Shown: in pieces, positions 15,067 to 18,974 of the stretch | How positions within the stretch are numbered: the stretch's first letter is position 1 | How the letters are laid out: the number at the start of each line of letters is the position of its first letter | Source of the DNA: a virus | Lineage: Duplodnaviria > Heunggongvirae > Uroviricota > Caudoviricetes | Reading direction: 5' to 3' (one strand) | DNA length: 18,974 bases | IMG/VR virus record: IMGVR_UViG_2711768057_000002 | Notes under the pieces: model-generated | Seen by the model: only the letters and a program-made list of their open reading frames with translations | What the model was told of the DNA's origin: nothing | The model's database searches: none | Made by a program: the position numbers and the translations under genes

Positions 15067-15892
15067 TGAGCGCCTCCAGACGCTTGGCGAGCCAGCGTTG
15101 CGACAGGCGGGTGAGTTCTCCTTTGCGCTGCTCATATTCCATGCCCATATCAATTAACGTGATATTGGTGCTTTCGAGATATGAGAGGTGCTCAAGCTGT
15201 TCTGCGTTCATATGGTCGCGAGGTTCGCCAGAATAGCCATTTATCCGCGCCCACTGCTTAGCAGTTAGCCCACCAAGAACGATACGAGAAATCATATTGC
15301 TCTCGTTTGTGTAGTGGTGTTGCTGCGTCGTTTTCCCCATCTCGGCACGGGCCATATTCAGCGCATCGCACATTGGCTTAAAGTTGTTTGCGGCACTGAT
15401 ACGGGCTTTTAGCTGGCGACGATAGCGGGCGGCGATTTCAGGCACGCTACGCTGTAATTCTTCCTCGCACTGGATGAAATAACGACGGATAGCGCGACCC
15501 TGATCATTGCGTTCGATCATTGCCAGTTCTTTCGCCATTCCGACACTTAACAGATAGTCTTTGCCGGGTCTGCCAGAGTGCTTAATCTTGCTGTAAGCCG
15601 CGCCATTCGGGCTTTTCCCCAAATTTGGGGAAATTGTTTTATGGACTGAGTAATCGTGCCCAATGGTGAAGTCATATTCAGAGATGCGATCAGTGATCCA
15701 TGTAGAGAAGTCTTTTCCCACGCCCAACGCTTTGTGTAACGCTTTTGCGCTAACAATATTGGTTTCACGCCCACCTATATGACCAGAAATAACCGGGACA
15801 ATTGCGGCAAATTCATTACCGTTAATTGTGCTCAGAGAGGCGTTCAGATGAGGGGCGGCCTCAGAAATTAATCTGCTTTTTTCGATGTTCAT
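15059..15892 (-). CDS. Phage antirepressor-like protein (AntA-type N-terminal domain), 277 aa
   Basis: VSAKALHKALGVGKDFSTWITDRISEYDFTIGHDY matches the AntA/AntB antirepressor N-terminal motif from memory; SD GGAG 8 nt upstream. Confidence 0.65.
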   Translation of the reverse strand: MNIEKSRLISEAAPHLNASLSTINGNEFAAIVPVISGHIGGRETNIVSAKALHKALGVGKDFSTWITDRISEYDFTIGHDYSVHKTISPNLGKSPNGAAYSKIKHSGRPGKDYLLSVGMAKELAMIERNDQGRAIRRYFIQCEEELQRSVPEIAARYRRQLKARISAANNFKPMCDALNMARAEMGKTTQQHHYTNESNMISRIVLGGLTAKQWARINGYSGEPRDHMNAEQLEHLSYLESTNITLIDMGMEYEQRKGELTRLSQRWLAKRLEALNV

Positions 15893-15904
15893 TTTCAGTC
15901 TCCG

Positions 15905-16336
15905 TTAGGCGGCGTTAAACGCGTCCGGGTAGAGTTTCAGAATGTCGGCAATTTCCTGCTGAGAAAGTCCGTTGTGATCATTTATGTTCGCAAGATGGTT
16001 AACATGAGTGATCACTTTCAGAACATCACCACGGCAGGAGAAACGGTAGCGAAGGTGTGTTCCGATACCATCAGGATTCTTTTCGTCGATACGCTCCAGA
16101 GTGATTCCAAGCTGGCGTTCTAACTCTGTTGCATAGTTACGACCAGAAGACAGACGGCAGTAGCGAAGAATGTCATTTTCTGTCCATCCCTCTATACCAG
16201 TACGCAGCATATAGACTCTGGCACGATGCTTTTTCGGTGTGCGCTTTGGTGCTTGAAGGGATTTTGTCAGGGGCGTAACATCAGATACGCGAATATCTGA
16301 ATTAGCCGCCTGTAATGGGCGGTTTTTCTTTTCCAT
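15905..16336 (-). CDS. Hypothetical 143-aa basic protein
   Basis: Start ATG shares one nucleotide with the alpA stop (TGATG overlap). Confidence 0.6.
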   Translation of the reverse strand: MEKKNRPLQAANSDIRVSDVTPLTKSLQAPKRTPKKHRARVYMLRTGIEGWTENDILRYCRLSSGRNYATELERQLGITLERIDEKNPDGIGTHLRYRFSCRGDVLKVITHVNHLANINDHNGLSQQEIADILKLYPDAFNAA

Positions 16337-16539
16337 CAGGCCACCTTCCCGCGGCGTTCTGCTAGCCAGTTGTGAATCTCAACCGCATCAAACGCAGTTA
16401 TTTTTTCTCCCAGCTTTACCGGACGTGGTAGTGAACCGTTTCTTACTTTACGGTCGATGGTGGATACACTAACGCCCAGCAATTCAGCCAGGCGGAAGCG
16501 TCTGATATAGCCTTTTGTAGGAATAGTGTCGGTGTTCAT
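16336..16539 (-). CDS. alpA: AlpA-family phage regulatory protein / excisionase-like HTH protein (67 aa)
   Basis: RFRLAELLGVSVSTIDRKVRNGSLPRPVKLGEKITAFDAVEIHNWL matches the AlpA/Vis-type HTH family pattern. Confidence 0.85.
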   Translation of the reverse strand: MNTDTIPTKGYIRRFRLAELLGVSVSTIDRKVRNGSLPRPVKLGEKITAFDAVEIHNWLAERRGKVA

Positions 16540-16540
16540 G

Positions 16541-16588
16541 CTTCCCGTAACCTCTTAGCGATAGTTGTTGCTTCGTTACGGGAGGAAG
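16541..16588. promoter_or_regulatory. Imperfect inverted repeat CTTCCCGTAAC (16541-16551) / GTTACGGGAGGAAG (16575-16588) in the alpA leader
   Basis: Arms flank a 23-nt loop; the left arm ends 2 nt upstream of the alpA ATG, so in mRNA the SD region could be sequestered; alternatively a DNA operator. Confidence 0.35.
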
Positions 16589-16606
16589 TATCTGTACATA
16601 TATGGA

Positions 16607-16638
16607 CAATAAAAAGGCACAGTAATGATACTGTGCCT
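16607..16638 (-). terminator. Rho-independent terminator (minus strand) after the 321-aa gene: AGGCACAGTA-ATGA-TACTGTGCCT followed by TTTTTATT
   Basis: Perfect 10-bp stem, 4-nt loop, then T-tract on the minus strand; 16 nt downstream of the stop at 16654. Confidence 0.65.
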
Positions 16639-16653
16639 GAATAGTTAGCTACT

Positions 16654-17619
16654 CTACCCCTTACCGTTGGCGGCAGCACGTAAGTGTCTCAAAATCACAT
16701 CTTCATTTGTGATTGCTAACGGTGGAATTTCGTCTTTATGAGCCACTATGCAATCCCGCCACTTCTCAGGGCTTATTTCTTTCTTTTTGCCACGGCATTC
16801 ATCAGGATACTTTGACAAAAGATATATTGCTGATTTGAAAAGTTTTTCCCTGTTTTCAGCATGTCTCTCGGCATTATGGTTGCTATTTTTTATTTCAGGT
16901 ATTAGTTCCTGTTCTACCGCCATTTCGTATCGTTTTTTGCTCTTAGCTGCGTCAAAACTTCCATTAACCTTTGCGTCGTGAAGATATTCTAAATCAGCCT
17001 TTGTTATATAAATGTTTTTATCTGACAGGCTACTCAGGTGAATCTGGGAACTTTGCATTTTGAATTTATATAGATCACAATCAAATGTTGCTTCAAGTCG
17101 CACATATGGCTCTCCACATTCTTGTGAATGATAATGTCGTGTTGTACTACCGCGTACACGCAACAATCCGCATGCAATTGATTTTCTTACAATAAAAGAG
17201 TTTTTGCCAATTTGTTCAAAAACATTTTTATTGTCTCTGTCTTCAACTGTCAGTGGTTTATGTGCATAAAATAGCTCATAAGCACCGCTTTCAGATGCTG
17301 GGATATAAACTTCGTTGCTTGCGCTGGTAATAAGAAAAGGAAATGTAAACCTTACTTCTTCTGGGTACATAAGTAATAAATCAGTTATAAAATCAGCATC
17401 TTTTTTGAAGTGGATGGCGGCATCAGCTTCAATGAAATCAAGAAAGTCAGCATAGACATAAAAGTCTATATGTAGTCTATCTTTCCAATGCCATATATCA
17501 TCAATTTCACAATTTAATAATTTTGATGCTCGCTCTATCGTGCAGTAGTCCAAAGGTGGAATACCTGATTCCTGCCATAAATTTCTATGCACCGCAGTTG
17601 TTTCATGAGAGTCGTTCAT
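16654..17619 (-). CDS. Hypothetical 321-aa protein, AT-rich gene between int and alpA
   Basis: SD AAGGTG 7 nt upstream of ATG 17619; own terminator; markedly AT-rich versus neighbours; no family recognised. Confidence 0.7.
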   Translation of the reverse strand: MNDSHETTAVHRNLWQESGIPPLDYCTIERASKLLNCEIDDIWHWKDRLHIDFYVYADFLDFIEADAAIHFKKDADFITDLLLMYPEEVRFTFPFLITSASNEVYIPASESGAYELFYAHKPLTVEDRDNKNVFEQIGKNSFIVRKSIACGLLRVRGSTTRHYHSQECGEPYVRLEATFDCDLYKFKMQSSQIHLSSLSDKNIYITKADLEYLHDAKVNGSFDAAKSKKRYEMAVEQELIPEIKNSNHNAERHAENREKLFKSAIYLLSKYPDECRGKKKEISPEKWRDCIVAHKDEIPPLAITNEDVILRHLRAAANGKG

Positions 17620-17714
17620 TGCGTCACCTTTTACGCTGCGCCTTATTTTGTGATTGAGCCAGGCGGTAAGGCTTCCCGCTTTTCGCCCCGTCGAGCTAGG
17701 CTCAATCTATTCAG

Positions 17715-18974
17715 TTAGTTCGCCCTTCTGAGAGGCGTTACGTTGTAGTCTTTTCCGCTTTCCAGTGCCACCAGCAGATCAGCCCACTGTGCCAGTGCTG
17801 CTTTACGCTCATCAAAATACTGATGGCGGTTATAAATCCCCTCTACGCCCTTAATGCGATGATTGAGGCATCGTTCCGCCACAACAGGATCAACACCCAA
17901 CGCTGCTAAATGAGTACGTGCGGTGCGTCGGAAGTCGTGAATCGTGAAATTAGGCACATCCGGCATTTCGGCGCGAACCTTAGCCAGTGCTACGGGTAAA
18001 GTGCTTTCCTGAATATGTGGGATCATTCTGTTTTGCATCTTCCTGGCCGGAAGCACCCATGCGCTATTACATGAAAAGGTGTGTAGCTCTCTCAACCATT
18101 CAACGGCTGGGGAAGGTAGAGGTATATCAATAGGGTCTCCGTTTTTGCTGCGTTCTTCCGGCAAATGCCATACCGCACCATCTAAATCAAACTCTTCCCA
18201 TCGTGCGGCGCATAACTCCATCTTACGAACGCATAGTGCCAGCAATAGCTTAAATGTCAGTTCGTTCTGGCGGCTGAATCCTTTTGCGGTGCGCATAGCC
18301 TCGAATAGCCTGATAAGCTCATCGCGAGTTAGCCAACGGTCGCGGGAAACCTCTTTACCACCAGCATCAGATACTTCAAACGCTGAACAAGGGTTTATCT
18401 CCAGAGCGTGGCGTTTTATCCCATAGTCAAAGATACGGCGTGTCCAGCGTAATACATCTGTTGCTATCGTTGGTGCTCCTCGGTCAACGATACCTTTCAA
18501 CATGTCGTCAATGTGGCGTGGCTTAACGTCCTCTACCTTCATATGCCCAATGCAGGGGTTAATATCCTTATCAATTCTCCGGCGAAGGATATCGGGATGT
18601 TTCCATCTCGGAAGTATCTGGCGCTCGAAGTATTCGGAGGCCAGATCTGAAACACGCATGGCGTTTTTCTCAGCCTCCATTTTTGCCAGTGCTTCAGCTT
18701 TTCGTTCCTGTTTCTCTGCTGCTACGTCATAGCCAAGAGCAACTCTGGCTGACAGCTCTTTTGCTGTTTCTCTGGCTTTTGATAGTGACAGTTCGGAGTA
18801 AGAGCCTATAACCATAGCCCGCTGCTTTCCTGCGAGCTTATAGCGGAATCGCCAGAACGGGACTGTGTAGTTTTTGGGGTAGCAAATATAAAGGCCGTTG
18901 CCGTCTGCCTTGCCATCAAATCTGTCTCCCGCCTTTATCCATGCGCGGATCTGCATATCTGTGAGTTTTGGCAT
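17715..18974 (-). CDS. Tyrosine site-specific integrase, P4/CP4-57 family (419 aa, start codon is the last 3 nt of the window)
   Basis: N-terminus MPKLTDMQIRAWIKAG...GLYICYPKNYTVPFWRFRYKLAGKQRAMVIGSYSELSLSKARE is the typical P4-like integrase arm-binding domain; C-terminal catalytic region HDFRRTARTHLAALGV...LNHRIKGVEGIYNRHQY carries the R...H-x-x-R...Y signature. Confidence 0.95.
   Translation of the reverse strand: MPKLTDMQIRAWIKAGDRFDGKADGNGLYICYPKNYTVPFWRFRYKLAGKQRAMVIGSYSELSLSKARETAKELSARVALGYDVAAEKQERKAEALAKMEAEKNAMRVSDLASEYFERQILPRWKHPDILRRRIDKDINPCIGHMKVEDVKPRHIDDMLKGIVDRGAPTIATDVLRWTRRIFDYGIKRHALEINPCSAFEVSDAGGKEVSRDRWLTRDELIRLFEAMRTAKGFSRQNELTFKLLLALCVRKMELCAARWEEFDLDGAVWHLPEERSKNGDPIDIPLPSPAVEWLRELHTFSCNSAWVLPARKMQNRMIPHIQESTLPVALAKVRAEMPDVPNFTIHDFRRTARTHLAALGVDPVVAERCLNHRIKGVEGIYNRHQYFDERKAALAQWADLLVALESGKDYNVTPLRRAN

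Larger units (their letters stand above)
1688..18974 (-). mobile_element. Integrase-bounded satellite-like (P4/PICI-type) integrative element, partial: right end and attachment site lie beyond the window; left boundary somewhere in 1010-1690
   Basis: int + alpA + P4-alpha-type primase + antirepressor + iterons + Abi cargo, all co-oriented; adjacent to the chromosomal gene dinD. Confidence 0.7.

Noticed and set aside
1-18974. CRISPR arrays, tRNA or rRNA genes, IS elements or transposases
   Set aside because: No regularly spaced 25-40-bp repeats, no tRNA T-loop/acceptor-like sequences and no transposase-like ORFs were seen; the short repeats present are iteron or operator-like, not CRISPR-like.

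Overview
The window holds the E. coli SOS gene dinD (1-825, minus strand, with its LexA box at 871-886) followed by about 17 kb of a minus-strand, integrase-bounded mobile element of the P4/PICI satellite type. From the right edge inward it reads: P4-family tyrosine integrase (17715-18974), an AT-rich 321-aa orphan gene with its own terminator, then a translationally coupled operon running from alpA through an AntA-type antirepressor and several small ORFs to a P4-alpha-like primase-helicase (10238-12589), which is flanked by two clusters of GGTGGTACAGGT iterons. The distal cargo end carries (i) a three-gene operon (57 aa, 447 aa, 705 aa; 8501 down to 4878) behind a sigma70-like promoter overlapped by a LexA-box-like CTGT-N8-ACAG site, with a convergent small 4-TM membrane protein gene, and (ii) an Abi_2 (AbiD/AbiF-like) abortive-infection gene beside a small RHH/HTH regulator and a PerC-like regulator, separated by a six-copy 9-mer operator array. 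I could not assign the 447/705-aa proteins or the 321-aa protein to any family I know; the SOS-linked operon is my best candidate for an undescribed system, with a satellite morphogenesis/ejection module or a bacteriocin-like toxin/immunity pair as alternatives. No tRNA, rRNA, CRISPR array or transposase was seen, and no sid/psu/delta-like genes were recognised. All calls rest on reading the sequence and motif recall; no searches were run.
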